DNA from: a bacterium
Lineage (GTDB): Bacteria; UBA8248
Reading direction: 5' to 3'
DNA length: 64,000 nucleotides
Assembly: GCA_965219955.1 (NCBI GenBank)
Contig: OZ244799.1
Span: 608,001-672,000, forward strand
Each line of letters opens with the position of its first letter. The stretch's first letter is position 1. The translations under genes were made by a program, and so were the position numbers. This document shows positions 50,261 to 60,086 of this stretch, piece after piece. Under the pieces are notes generated by a model. It made no database searches. It was not told the origin of the DNA and worked only from the letters and a program-made list of their open reading frames with translations.

Positions 50261-50423
50261 ACACTAAATGTAGTATGCTTTGCCCTCGTCTGTCAATACC
50301 CTAAAAACAGATATACACAAAATATATGAACTTACCCACACCTTATCCCCAAATGTTGTGCTTTCCTGTGGATAACCGGCGCAAGCAGGGAACGGAGGGC
50401 TGAAACCCGCCCGGTTATCCACC
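50261..50423 (-). promoter_or_regulatory. nrdJ promoter with NrdR box(es) and DnaA boxes
   Basis: TTGACA-N18-TACATT; ACACTAAATGTAGTAT overlaps the -10; perfect TGTGGATAA at 50367 plus four one-mismatch boxes. Confidence 0.7.
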
Positions 50424-50991
50424 GCCGCCTCGTTTCCAGAAGCGGCGGCGCGCCCTTCATGGACGCTCCGGAGCGCCTGAATCCGGAGAGCGCGGCCGCT
50501 GTCCGGCGCGCCGGTATCGCGTAAGAACGCCCGCAAAAACGTCTCGGATGCGCCCGGAAAAGCATCGTTAATTTATCGGAAAACCCCGTGAATTTATCTT
50601 ATTTTATCGAATTTTCCGGAATTGTTCAGGAAAGATTGGCCTCGATTTCGCCGCCCGGCGCCCGCCTCGATGACTCCGCTCTCCCGCATGGTCTGGTCCC
50701 TCGATAAGAGATTCTTCAAACGGGCCGTCCTCCAGGCGGCGACCCGCGGTTTCAAGATCGAAGACCGCGCGTCGAGCAGGGGGAGGATACACCCTCCCGG
50801 AACGCGCTCCTGCGGGGAAATGCGTGCTTCAGCCCCGACTGACGGGAGGGAGGGTTCACGCTTTTCCGCAGAAAGTGGGCTTGGGACAGGTCAACTCGAC
50901 CAGGCGGTGAGTCTTGACGGAACGTATATGCAATTGCTATACAAATCAGAGCGGAGATGAACTCATGCTCAAGAGCCGGGGAGAATGACGA

Positions 50992-51249
50992 ATGGGCCAG
51001 ATGAATCTGAGAGTGAAAGACGAGCGGCTTGCACTGATCGACAGGGCCGCGGAGATCCGGGGCGTAACGCGCACCGAGTTCGTGCTCAGGGCGAGCGAGA
51101 CGGCGGCGATAGATGCGTTGAACGAGCGTCCCGTCATCACGCTCGACGATGAAGCGTACGATGCGTTTCTCGCAGCCCTCGATGCGCCTGCCGAACCCGA
51201 CGAGCGCTTGAGAGAGCGCTTCGCGCGCAGGCCGCTGTGGGAGAGATAA
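50992..51249 (+). CDS. DUF1778 (TacA/AtaR-type) RHH antitoxin
   Basis: NLRV...LIDRAA..G.TRTEFVL...FLAALDAP motif. Confidence 0.92.
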   Translation: MGQMNLRVKDERLALIDRAAEIRGVTRTEFVLRASETAAIDALNERPVITLDDEAYDAFLAALDAPAEPDERLRERFARRPLWER

Positions 51250-51740
51250 ACGGACCGGAGCCGCTCGGCGCGCATCACGACGTATCAGGGTTTGACTCCG
51301 GCGCGGAGAGTCTCGACGCCTGGCTGAAAAGCAAGAGCCGCTTGAACGAAGCGAAAGGCGGCGCGCGGACGTATGTCGTCTGCGAGGGCGAGCGTGTGAT
51401 TGCCTTTTACAGCCTCGCGGCCGGAGCGGTGGAAAGGCGCAGGGTTTCCTCGCGCGTCGGAAGAAGCATGCCCGAACCGATTCCGGTGATTCTCTTGGGA
51501 CAACTCGCGGTGGACCTCGGCTATCAGGGCAGGGGCCTGGGAGGCGATCTGATCGTAGACGCGAGCTGGAGAGCCCTGGCGGCGGCCGACCTCATCGGCG
51601 CGCGCGCCCTCATCGTCCAGGCGCTCGATGAGAGAGCCGGGAATTTCTACGAGCGCTTCGGCTTCCGACGATTCTCGGATCAGGAACCGCTGATGTTGCT
51701 CCTCAGGATATCGGACTTGAGAGCCGCGTTTGAAGGTTAG
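51237..51740 (+). CDS. GNAT acetyltransferase toxin (TacT/AtaT-type)
   Basis: FDSG...LD.WL, LGQLAVD..YQGRGLG and FYERFGF motifs. Confidence 0.92.
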   Translation: MGEINGPEPLGAHHDVSGFDSGAESLDAWLKSKSRLNEAKGGARTYVVCEGERVIAFYSLAAGAVERRRVSSRVGRSMPEPIPVILLGQLAVDLGYQGRGLGGDLIVDASWRALAAADLIGARALIVQALDERAGNFYERFGFRRFSDQEPLMLLLRISDLRAAFEG

Positions 51741-51897
51741 GGGAGGCGTGGGGCAATCCAGGTGCTCAATCGGAGCGGCTCGTTCTCCTCGGAAACGCGG
51801 TCTTCGAAATCATTCCCCCTCAAGAGGGTAGAACTAACAGCCAGTCCGTCTTCGGGAAAAGTCCCCGCGGCGGCATCTGAGCGCGGCAGCGCTCCGC

Positions 51898-52263
51898 TCA
51901 GTCCTGCTCGAGGAGGACGGCCAGCTTTTCGAGCGTCTCGCCCACCACGCGCGGCGGAGCCTTGGACGCCGGACGCGCCTTTCGCGCACGCCAGTCGAGG
52001 CTCTTCACCTGGTCGGCGAGAACCACGCCCGTAACGGGGCCATCGGCGGGGAGCGCCACCTCGAAGGGATAGCCCTTGACTCTCGAGGTGATGGGGCAGA
52101 GCAGCGCCAGACTGCTTTTCTCGTTATAGCTTCGCGGGCTGACGACCAGCGCGGGGCGGCGGCCGGCCCCCTCGTGCCCGGCCTGGGGGGTGAAGGAAAG
52201 CCAGACGACCTCGCCTCTGCCCGGAACGTAGTCCGCGCCGGAAACCTCCCGCCTCGCTACCAC
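51898..52263 (-). CDS. mazF: MazF/PemK endoribonuclease toxin
   Basis: PQAGHE.AGRRPALVVSP, CPITS..KGYPFEV and DQVKSLDWRAR motifs. Confidence 0.93.
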   Translation of the reverse strand: MVARREVSGADYVPGRGEVVWLSFTPQAGHEGAGRRPALVVSPRSYNEKSSLALLCPITSRVKGYPFEVALPADGPVTGVVLADQVKSLDWRARKARPASKAPPRVVGETLEKLAVLLEQD

Positions 52264-52496
52264 GCCTCTGCGCCCTGCGCCGGACCAGCGTCTTGCTCGG
52301 CGTGCAGGTTGTCCGCGTTTATTTCGGCGAGCATGTCTGCCAGTCGGTAGCCTCTCTTTCTCATCACCACCCGGTCGCCGCGCGCGTTCATCTCGATGGC
52401 CGAACCCTCGCGCACGCCCCATTGCTCGGCGATGGGCTTCGGGATGCGGACGGCCAGGCTGTCCCCCCATTTGGAGATATGCGATTTCGCGCCCAT
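52257..52496 (-). CDS. mazE: MazE/AbrB antitoxin
   Basis: KWGDSLAVRIP motif and C-terminal G.E.W. Confidence 0.92.
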   Translation of the reverse strand: MGAKSHISKWGDSLAVRIPKPIAEQWGVREGSAIEMNARGDRVVMRKRGYRLADMLAEINADNLHAEQDAGPAQGAEAW

Positions 52497-52673
52497 GCAG
52501 TTATCCTCCTCTTGAGAGATTATATCTATAATATATATCTGTATATTGCCCTTGTCGAGGAGGAACGGGATTTTGAAAGAAACAGGCCATGATGAGGCCT
52601 TGACAGGCGAATGTACGAACGCATACATCTGCGCCGGGATGGACCCATGCCACCGAAACTGGAGAGATTGTAA

Positions 52674-52865
52674 ATGAGCCGAATGAATTTACGAGGGAAA
52701 GACAAACTCTTAGTGCTGATCGACCGCCCCGTCATCGAGCTTGATGATGAGGCCTACGATGCGTTTATAGCAGCCCTCGATGCGCCCGCTGAACCGAACG
52801 GGCGCCTGAAAGAACGTCTCAATCGGAAGCCGTTGTGGGAGAGATAATCGGGTCTGAGCCGCTCG
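52674..52865 (+). pseudogene. Internally deleted DUF1778 copy (57 aa) plus 5' stub of a GNAT toxin
   Basis: Homologous to 50992-51268 but lacks 28 codons; the GNAT part breaks off after about 10 codons. Confidence 0.75.
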
Positions 52866-52920
52866 TGATGATTTGTCAGGGGGTCTTGGTGGGAGTGTAT
52901 CGAACAGTAGGACTTTTACA

Positions 52921-53592
52921 ATGAATATTAATTTGCAAGATGAGAATTCAAGGGATCAGCTAGGCCGTGATCTTAGAAGACTAGCTGAAGCTGAGAAACA
53001 ACGCGGACATTCCGGGTTTTATGCCGTTCCAAAAGATGATCCGCAATTGGGTGAAAAACGTGGGCATTGGCGGGAAATTCAGGAATCCGGTTGTGTGCAG
53101 GATTTTGCTAAGTCACTATCTGCTGAATTTGGAATTGAGATATCAGAGATTGAATCCAACCCTAATGATCCTCCGGATTGTTTTGCCAAGCGGGCGGGTG
53201 AAAAGATAGGTATCGAAGTTACTGAATTGGTGAAATCAGAAATTTTAAGTCGTTTTGCTCAAGCTCGGATGGGGAGAATGCAATATCCACCTGGTGAACA
53301 ACTCTCGGATGAAGAGTGGACCCAGGAAGAGTTCACAAAAAAGGTCGGGGAGTTAATCGCTCAAAAAGATGCAAAAGCCCAAAAGAAAGACGTAATTTTT
53401 AATGTAGTACTAATATACACCGATGAAGGTGGTTTGACCCCGGAGTGCTTAGAGGATTGGTTGTCTAATGAGAAATTTTCGGCGACCAACATCAAAGAAG
53501 TGTTTCTGCTTCGTTCTTATTGGCCGGGCTACAAGGAGCACGCACCACTATTTAAGCTGAATATCGAACGTAGTGAGGATTCTGCGGAGTAG
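52921..53592 (+). CDS. Hypothetical protein, possible PD-(D/E)xK nuclease fold
   Basis: DPPDC...IGIEVTEL motif; AT-rich. Confidence 0.6.
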   Translation: MNINLQDENSRDQLGRDLRRLAEAEKQRGHSGFYAVPKDDPQLGEKRGHWREIQESGCVQDFAKSLSAEFGIEISEIESNPNDPPDCFAKRAGEKIGIEVTELVKSEILSRFAQARMGRMQYPPGEQLSDEEWTQEEFTKKVGELIAQKDAKAQKKDVIFNVVLIYTDEGGLTPECLEDWLSNEKFSATNIKEVFLLRSYWPGYKEHAPLFKLNIERSEDSAE

Positions 53593-54319
53593 TTTTTAAT
53601 GGTCTGATACCGAATGTTTGCGGCATCTCGTCCCACGTTCTGCCGTCAAGCACACGCCCCGTCTTCTTCTTGAACACGCCGCCCCATTGCTTGAAGAAAA
53701 AGGGCGTGCCGCTGTTCACACAGTTGTCGCGAATCTCCCTCACCCAGTCCGCCTCCATCGGCCTCGCGCCCGGCCCGGACTCCCCGCCGACGATCACCCA
53801 GTCGATGTCTGTAAAGTCTAAGTCCGGCAAGGGACCCAATAACGGTTCAAGAGAGAGAAACTTCGTCTGAGCATTGCATTCACTAAGCAAGACGAGGCGA
53901 TCCACCCAATCCTCGGATTCGATGCTGACGCCAAGCCATATGTTGGTCGTCCAGTTCAGTTTCTTGAGCGAATCGACGCGTTCTGGGCGCTTGGTTAGAA
54001 CCTGGAAAGTATGTTTGCTTGCCTTGTTCATCACATCGAAAACGGCCTCAATGAAGTCGTCTGGCACTTCTTCGTGGAAGAGGTCTGACATTGAATTGAC
54101 GAAAACGATTCTTGGTTCTTTCCATCGAAAGGGTTCATTGAGCGAATAGTCGTGCGTAACGACAGAAAACCCCTCCCGATACTTTTTCATGCCCATGGCT
54201 TGGAGCCGATTCGCCATTCTCTCGGCGTAACAGTGTTTACAGCCAGGGCTGATCTTCGTGCATCCCGTGACCGGGTTCCAAGTTGTTTCCGTCCATTCGA
54301 TATTGGAATTTTGGGCCAT
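53552..54319 (-). CDS. DUF5131 / phage Gp37-Gp68 family protein
   Basis: [39 protein letters not shown] and FFFKQWGG motifs. Confidence 0.93.
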   Translation of the reverse strand: MAQNSNIEWTETTWNPVTGCTKISPGCKHCYAERMANRLQAMGMKKYREGFSVVTHDYSLNEPFRWKEPRIVFVNSMSDLFHEEVPDDFIEAVFDVMNKASKHTFQVLTKRPERVDSLKKLNWTTNIWLGVSIESEDWVDRLVLLSECNAQTKFLSLEPLLGPLPDLDFTDIDWVIVGGESGPGARPMEADWVREIRDNCVNSGTPFFFKQWGGVFKKKTGRVLDGRTWDEMPQTFGIRPLKTTPQNPHYVRYSA

Positions 54320-54321
54320 GA

Positions 54322-55182
54322 CTATATTTTCTTCAGCAGACGAGTTGCAATTTCTTTTGCTCTCAAAATGGCTTTCGCGCTTGGGCTGCCGACGCAAAAG
54401 ATAAACTCGTACAAAGGTACACCATTCGAATTTTTGAGAGTTTTAGATAGTTCGAGAAATCTTTCACCAAATAAACAATTTAGCTTTTCTTTGTACGCAG
54501 AAACCAATCCACCAGCCCCGGAATCTCTTTCCGGCTCTCCAAATAGATTCGGTTGTTTCGGTTCCTGATAAAGAGTTTCCCAGCTATTATCACCGAACAC
54601 CTTCGTAATGGGACGTCTCCATTCGGTGAATACTTCATCAGGCATTTTTAACTTCGGTAATTTTCGCAAAAGTGTGGCAGTCGGAAATAAAATCCAAGTA
54701 TCCAACATTTTAAGTTCAGCTATTTTTTCAATGGTTGCCCACTCTACTTGTGCGCCATACGGATCTAAAAAGAGAACGCCGCGCCAATTTGATCTAACTG
54801 GATGCGCACGTTGTAAAATCTGATTCGCGTCGGAGTTTATTACTTGAATCTCTCTATTTGGATGCGCTACACGCAAAGAGTCCAACTCTCGACATCGGTC
54901 AGCGTCTTTTTCGATAAAGAGCAATTTGTCGAATGGCCTATTGTCAATATCAATCGCTCGCTTTGTCGAGCCGCTTATAAAATCATAAGGAAGTGTAATT
55001 TTCCCCGTCCCAGCGAAAGCATCGATATACATAATTTTGAGCGTTGTCTGATTCCTGAAAACATTCGTATAGGCGTCGAGATATTTTTCCAGTATCTCAA
55101 GCTTTATTTCCGTCCATCTCCCCCCAAAATCATGAGGTTGTGGCACAGTGTTTTTATGGTTCCCTCCACTAATTTCTAACAT
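54322..55182 (-). CDS. tcmP: Three-Cys-motif partner protein TcmP (methyltransferase-like)
   Basis: [20 protein letters not shown] and FLDPYG motifs; upstream of DUF5131. Confidence 0.85.
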   Translation of the reverse strand: MLEISGGNHKNTVPQPHDFGGRWTEIKLEILEKYLDAYTNVFRNQTTLKIMYIDAFAGTGKITLPYDFISGSTKRAIDIDNRPFDKLLFIEKDADRCRELDSLRVAHPNREIQVINSDANQILQRAHPVRSNWRGVLFLDPYGAQVEWATIEKIAELKMLDTWILFPTATLLRKLPKLKMPDEVFTEWRRPITKVFGDNSWETLYQEPKQPNLFGEPERDSGAGGLVSAYKEKLNCLFGERFLELSKTLKNSNGVPLYEFIFCVGSPSAKAILRAKEIATRLLKKI

Positions 55183-55435
55183 GTTGTAAATCCTATAAGA
55201 TATGTGTAAAGAATAGCAATGCAAAAGTATGACCTATGATTCAATCCCCCTGCTTAGTCATGCAAAAAGTACTCGAAAATTACAGATTTTCAACATGCGA
55301 TTGTCAGTAAAACATAAATAATACGAAAGTAGATGTCGAACGTCAACGTATTTGGTTGGTTGCATATAAACTTCCTGGAAATCCCATTACCAAAAACGCG
55401 AGTCCACACTCTTGTAAGAAAAAATCTACTTCGCT

Positions 55436-55572
55436 CAACCCTCCCCCATTCGGCATGAGCGCGGAACCTCGGTCTAATGAGCGCGGTTTATCGCTTTTTG
55501 AGCGCCTAATCTGAAGGAGGAAACATGGCGGCGTATGACGTGGCGGTTGTTGGCGGTGGCTCTTCGACTTAG
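55436..55572 (+). pseudogene. Duplicated lpdA promoter, RBS and first 12 codons
   Basis: Direct repeat of 56596-56722; reads MAAYDVAVVGGGSST*. Confidence 0.85.
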
Positions 55573-55671
55573 ACAGGATCAAAGCGAGGTGGAGGAATTG
55601 CCATATCGAGGAGCGCCGTCGCCTCCTCACATCAGACAAAGCCGTATGGCAAGCGCTCGTCAATGAACGCA

Positions 55672-56109
55672 TCAAATGCTGAGAATGAATTCGTCCTTGT
55701 ACATGGTAAAGTGAACTTCCGAAAGAAAATCCATGCCAAGCAATACGTCAAAATTTTCAGGCTGGAACGGAAGCAGGGAAACTTCGATTTCCTTGCCTCG
55801 CAGATTGAGCCATGGGCCGGCTCCTCCCCCCGGTGTCTCCAGTTGATCTCCAATCGGGATATCGACCCTGACCCTGTATTTTTCAGTTTGGATTGGGTCC
55901 CCGCTGACGGGGATGATATCGGTAAAACCGATGCTGGACAGTTTCCCTTCGTCGACCACCTTCTGAGATATCATGGTGCCTTGCGCTCCCGTATCCAGTA
56001 TTGCCGGATAACTTTTGGGCTCTGTCCGCACCGACGGCGGGCTCCCGATCGAGATGGCGACGAACAGGCGGATTTCCCTGTTCTCCACTCGCCCTCGAAA
56101 CGTAGGCAT
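55672..56109 (-). CDS. Retropepsin-like aspartyl protease
   Basis: AILDTGA and LLGMDFL motifs. Confidence 0.85.
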   Translation of the reverse strand: MPTFRGRVENREIRLFVAISIGSPPSVRTEPKSYPAILDTGAQGTMISQKVVDEGKLSSIGFTDIIPVSGDPIQTEKYRVRVDIPIGDQLETPGGGAGPWLNLRGKEIEVSLLPFQPENFDVLLGMDFLSEVHFTMYKDEFILSI

Positions 56110-56126
56110 TCAGGGTTTTGTCGACT

Positions 56127-56369
56127 TCAGGATTTGGGTAGGCACATGGTGAAAACGCCAAGGGATATCGGCGGTTCACCAATATTTTCGATTGAAAAAT
56201 TGCCGAGACCGAATTTCTCACAACCTATCGCATATGCGTCACCGCTATCGTTATAAATTTCAACAATTTCCCCGTCATGGAGCAATGCCGCCCGTCCGAA
56301 GTGTTCGGCCTCCATTTCTTCCTTTATGGCGATGTAGGCAGCCCGGTTCTTGTGAAGCTGTGAGTTCAT
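56127..56369 (-). CDS. Small protein upstream of the aspartyl protease (DUF5678-like)
   Basis: N..AY...K.E...H.GR.ALLHDGEIV pattern; GGAGG RBS. Confidence 0.65.
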   Translation of the reverse strand: MNSQLHKNRAAYIAIKEEMEAEHFGRAALLHDGEIVEIYNDSGDAYAIGCEKFGLGNFSIENIGEPPISLGVFTMCLPKS

Positions 56370-56686
56370 CTTCCTGCCCTCCCGCAAGCAGGCGAATATC
56401 AACTGCCAAGGGATTGAAAATCATGGCACATATTGAGCCGGATGTTAAGTCTGTAAATATGGATGACTGCCCCGGTCGCCAGGGACAAGCGCCGATGCCC
56501 GCCGGAATTATCCGCATCGCCAAAATGTAAAGCCTCCACCAATACACGACCACTCCCACCAGCCTCCGCGCGAAGCAAACCCCGCGTAAACGTCCCAACC
56601 CCTCCCCCCATTTGGCATGAGCGCGGAACCTTGGTCTAATGGGCGCGGTTTTTGGTTCTTGGAACGCCTTACCCGAAGGAGGAAGC

Positions 56687-58093
56687 ATGGCGGCGTATGA
56701 CGTGGCGGTTATCGGCGGGGGGCCTGCGGGCTACGTGGCGGGTGTGCGCGTGGCCCAGAGCGGGGGAAGCTGCGTGGTCATCGAGCGCGACGAACTGGGC
56801 GGCACCTGCCTGAATTGGGGCTGCATCCCCAGCAAGAGCCTCATCGCCGCTGCGGAAGTCTACCGCAACATCAAGAACGCGGACGCCTACGGCATCGAGG
56901 TCACGGGCGAGGTGCGCGCGGACCTGGCCGCCATGGTCGAGCGCAAGGACAAGATAGTCGCAGGCCTGGTAAAGGGAATCGGCGGGCTGTTCAAGGCCCA
57001 CGGGGTGGACCACATGGCGGGCGACGCCGAGATTCTCGAGATGGGCAAGATTTCCGTGCTCGGAAAAGACGGCGAGTACGAGGTGGTCGAGGCGGGCAAA
57101 ATCATCATCGCCACGGGTTCGCGGCCCGCGCAGATTCCCGCCTTTCCCATCGACGGCGAAAAAATCATCTCATCCGAGCAGGCCGTGCACCTGAAGAATC
57201 TGCCCGAGCGGGTGCTCATCGTGGGCGCGGGCGTCATCGGCTGTGAGTTCGCGTGTCTCTATAGAGAGCTGGGGGCGGAGGTCACGATGGTGGAACTGCT
57301 GGGCCGCGTCCTGCCGCTGGGGGATGAGGACGTCTCGAAACTCATGGCGCGCGAGTTGAGAAAGCAGAAGATCAAGGTGCGCCTGAATGAGAAGATAACG
57401 GGCGTCTCGCACAAGCGAGGGGAGTTGGTCGCCGGCTTCGAGGGTTCGGATGATGAGGAGCGCGCGGATCTGGTGCTCGTCTCCGTGGGCCGGACGATGA
57501 ACACCGACGGCCTGGGTCTCGAGCGAATCGGCGTCGAGCTCGGTCCGCGCGGCGAGATCAAGGTGAACGATTTGATGGAGACGAACGCCCCCGGCGTCTA
57601 TGCGGCGGGCGACGTGGTGGGCGAGCCCATGCTCGCGCACGTGGCATCGGCCGAGGGGGTCGCCGCTGCGGAAAACGCCATGGGCGCAGAGATACGGATG
57701 GATTACCGCGCGATTCCGGCGGGCATCTTCACCCATCCCGAGATCGGCGTCGTCGGCATGGCCGAGCACGAGGCGGAGGAGGCGGGGCACGCGGTGCGCG
57801 TGGGCAAATTCTCCGTTCGCGCCTTGGGCAAGGCGCAGGCCGAGCGCGCGCTGGAGGGGGAGGTGAAGGTGATCGCCGACGCGGGGGATGACGCCATTCT
57901 GGGCGTTCACATCGTGGGCGCCCACGCCGCGGACATCGTGCACGAGGCCGCCGTCGCCATGCAGCACCGCGTCACCGCCTCGGACCTGGCCGGCACCATG
58001 CACGCCCACCCCACGATCTCGGAAGCCGTCATGGAGGCGGCCTTCGACGTCCACGGCGAGGCCATCCACGCGCCACCCAAGAAACGTTCGTAG
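56687..58093 (+). CDS. lpdA: Dihydrolipoyl dehydrogenase
   Basis: GGGPAG, GGTCLNWGCIPSK and HAHPTISE motifs. Confidence 0.97.
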   Translation: MAAYDVAVIGGGPAGYVAGVRVAQSGGSCVVIERDELGGTCLNWGCIPSKSLIAAAEVYRNIKNADAYGIEVTGEVRADLAAMVERKDKIVAGLVKGIGGLFKAHGVDHMAGDAEILEMGKISVLGKDGEYEVVEAGKIIIATGSRPAQIPAFPIDGEKIISSEQAVHLKNLPERVLIVGAGVIGCEFACLYRELGAEVTMVELLGRVLPLGDEDVSKLMARELRKQKIKVRLNEKITGVSHKRGELVAGFEGSDDEERADLVLVSVGRTMNTDGLGLERIGVELGPRGEIKVNDLMETNAPGVYAAGDVVGEPMLAHVASAEGVAAAENAMGAEIRMDYRAIPAGIFTHPEIGVVGMAEHEAEEAGHAVRVGKFSVRALGKAQAERALEGEVKVIADAGDDAILGVHIVGAHAADIVHEAAVAMQHRVTASDLAGTMHAHPTISEAVMEAAFDVHGEAIHAPPKKRS

Positions 58094-58862
58094 GGGGTTG
58101 TTGGAAAAGTTCTTGCTATTCAGTTGGGATTCCACCGTAGGGGCCGCATACATGCGGCCCTCCCCGTCCGGCCTGCGGGTCGCATGTATGCGACCCCTAC
58201 ACCCAGAACACGGAATGATGAAACACTGCTGTGGATTCACCCGCATCCGCAAATGGATTCCGGACAATCCCTCCCTCCTCGGTCGGCATTGATTGCCGGA
58301 ATGACGAACGAAAAACAGCAAGGAGCGGCAACGGAGACCGGCCCGGCGCGGCTGCCGAATTCGCTCTCGAACAGCATTGCCATCCGACGAGATAAAAGGG
58401 CGAGTTAAGAGAGAAACACTCCGCCTTGAGGGTTGTTGATAAAGCCTTTCTCGCTCGGAATGACGAACTAAACCGCACCGCCTCTTTCTTCACCCTGAGT
58501 AGCCGCCGTAGGCGGCGTATCGAAGGGCGAAATTCGTGTCCGCTGCAGAAATGCGCCCCCCATCCTTCGATACGGCGCTTGCGCGCCTACTCAGGATGAG
58601 GTTTTGTGGCCGCCTGCGCGGTAGGGTAGGAAGGAGGACCGCCGTAGGGGCGGCCCTCCGTGGCCGCCCGTATTGAATATGTCAATTGCCGTGGTTGCGC
58701 TTCGTAGGACAGGCACGGAGGCCTGTCCCTACAAACCTTCTGTCGGAAGGATTCCCATACCGGCTTTTTCAACAGCCCTGACAAGGGGGGGTAGGGGGGG
58801 TTGGTTTTCAAGGCGAGAGGGCATCCTTCGATACGCGGCTTCGCCGCTACTCAGGATGAGGC
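58094..58862. repeat. Large REP/MITE mosaic
   Basis: GTAG REP doublets, CATCCTTCGATAC...CTACTCAGGATGA units and TTTTTCAACAGCCC end. Confidence 0.85.
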
Positions 58863-58928
58863 GGAGAGGAATTCTTCCAACATCCCACCAAAGAGGCCGT
58901 CGAAACGGCCTTGCGGGCCTCGGGCCGG

Positions 58929-59915
58929 CTAATACGGCACGTCGATGAGCATCCCCTCACCCGAGCGCATGTCCTCTTCCAGAAGCTCGCGCATCGCCTT
59001 GGTCACCGGGCCGGGCTTTCCGTCCCCGATGACCTGATCGTCCCACTGCACGACGGGGGCGACGTATATCGAGCTTCCGATGAGCATCATCTCGGCGGAC
59101 GCCTTGGCCTCGGCGACGGGGATGTCGTCCACCACCACGTCGGCGATGACGCCTTGATCCACGAGGCGGCTCGCGAGTTCCAGGAGCCGCTTCACGGTGC
59201 AGCCGGAGAGGATGTTCTCGAATTTCGGGTGCCGCAGCACGCGATCGTTCGTCACGAAGGCGCAGTTCATGTTCGAGCCCTCGCCCACGTTCCCCGCCTC
59301 GTCCACGAAGATGCCGTTGTCGAGGCCTTGTTCCTTCGCCTCCATCTGCATGAGGGTGTTGGGCAGGTAGTTCGTGCTTTTTGTGACCGCGTAGAGCGGC
59401 GGCTTGATGGGGTAGGTTGTCGTCATCACGCGCATCCCCTCGGCGTAGTAGCGCTCGGGGTAGTCGAGGCCGCCGAAGATCATCACGAAAAAGGCGGGCT
59501 TGGCGTCGCCTGCGGGGATGAGCCCCAGGTTGCCGGTTCCGGAAGAAGCCCAGTAGCGAATCGATCCCTCGCGGCGGCCCGAGAGCGCGCTCGTGCGGAT
59601 GACGATCTCGCGCATCTCCTCGCGGCTCGGCAGTTCGAGCTTCGACGCCTCCGCCGAGCGGATGAAGCGGTCCAGGTGGTTTTCGAGATCATATATCTTC
59701 CCCTCGATGATGGCCGCGGTGTCGAAGATGCCGTGGCCCCGGTGGACCATGTGGTCGTCGAAGGGAATGACCATGAGGGCGGGGTCCGTCACCACGCCGC
59801 CCAGGTGGCTCGAATAAAACGCCGAATAATCGACCTCCTGCGCCGCGCGCAGGTTCTTGAGGCTATCGAGTATGTCCTCTCTCGTGAGGACGCCTATGCT
59901 TTCCGTCATGGTCAT
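58929..59915 (-). CDS. Class IV PLP aminotransferase (D-amino-acid transaminase/ADC lyase-like)
   Basis: DHMVHRGHGIFDT, KSTNYL, EGSNMN and ILSGCT motifs. Confidence 0.92.
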   Translation of the reverse strand: MTMTESIGVLTREDILDSLKNLRAAQEVDYSAFYSSHLGGVVTDPALMVIPFDDHMVHRGHGIFDTAAIIEGKIYDLENHLDRFIRSAEASKLELPSREEMREIVIRTSALSGRREGSIRYWASSGTGNLGLIPAGDAKPAFFVMIFGGLDYPERYYAEGMRVMTTTYPIKPPLYAVTKSTNYLPNTLMQMEAKEQGLDNGIFVDEAGNVGEGSNMNCAFVTNDRVLRHPKFENILSGCTVKRLLELASRLVDQGVIADVVVDDIPVAEAKASAEMMLIGSSIYVAPVVQWDDQVIGDGKPGPVTKAMRELLEEDMRSGEGMLIDVPY

Positions 59916-60086
59916 CTCCTTATGCCTTACAGCATCACCCCGAAATTTCAGGGGATCATCCCGGTGGGTGGATCCGTATTTTTCGATTTCATCCGCATGA
60001 TGCCGCTTAGGTGATTTTCGGGCAAGGCCCTGCTACATTATCGCCCGGATGATTTGATTTTACGGAATGAACCGGAGGCATGCTTG

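Noticed and set aside
50210-50560. Cobalamin riboswitch upstream of nrdJ
   Set aside because: No B12-box or GGGAA core recognised. The region is explained by the promoter and NrdR/DnaA boxes.
55300-55340. Possible dif site (TTATGTTTTAC on the minus strand)
   Set aside because: No matching XerC arm at the correct 6-bp spacing.
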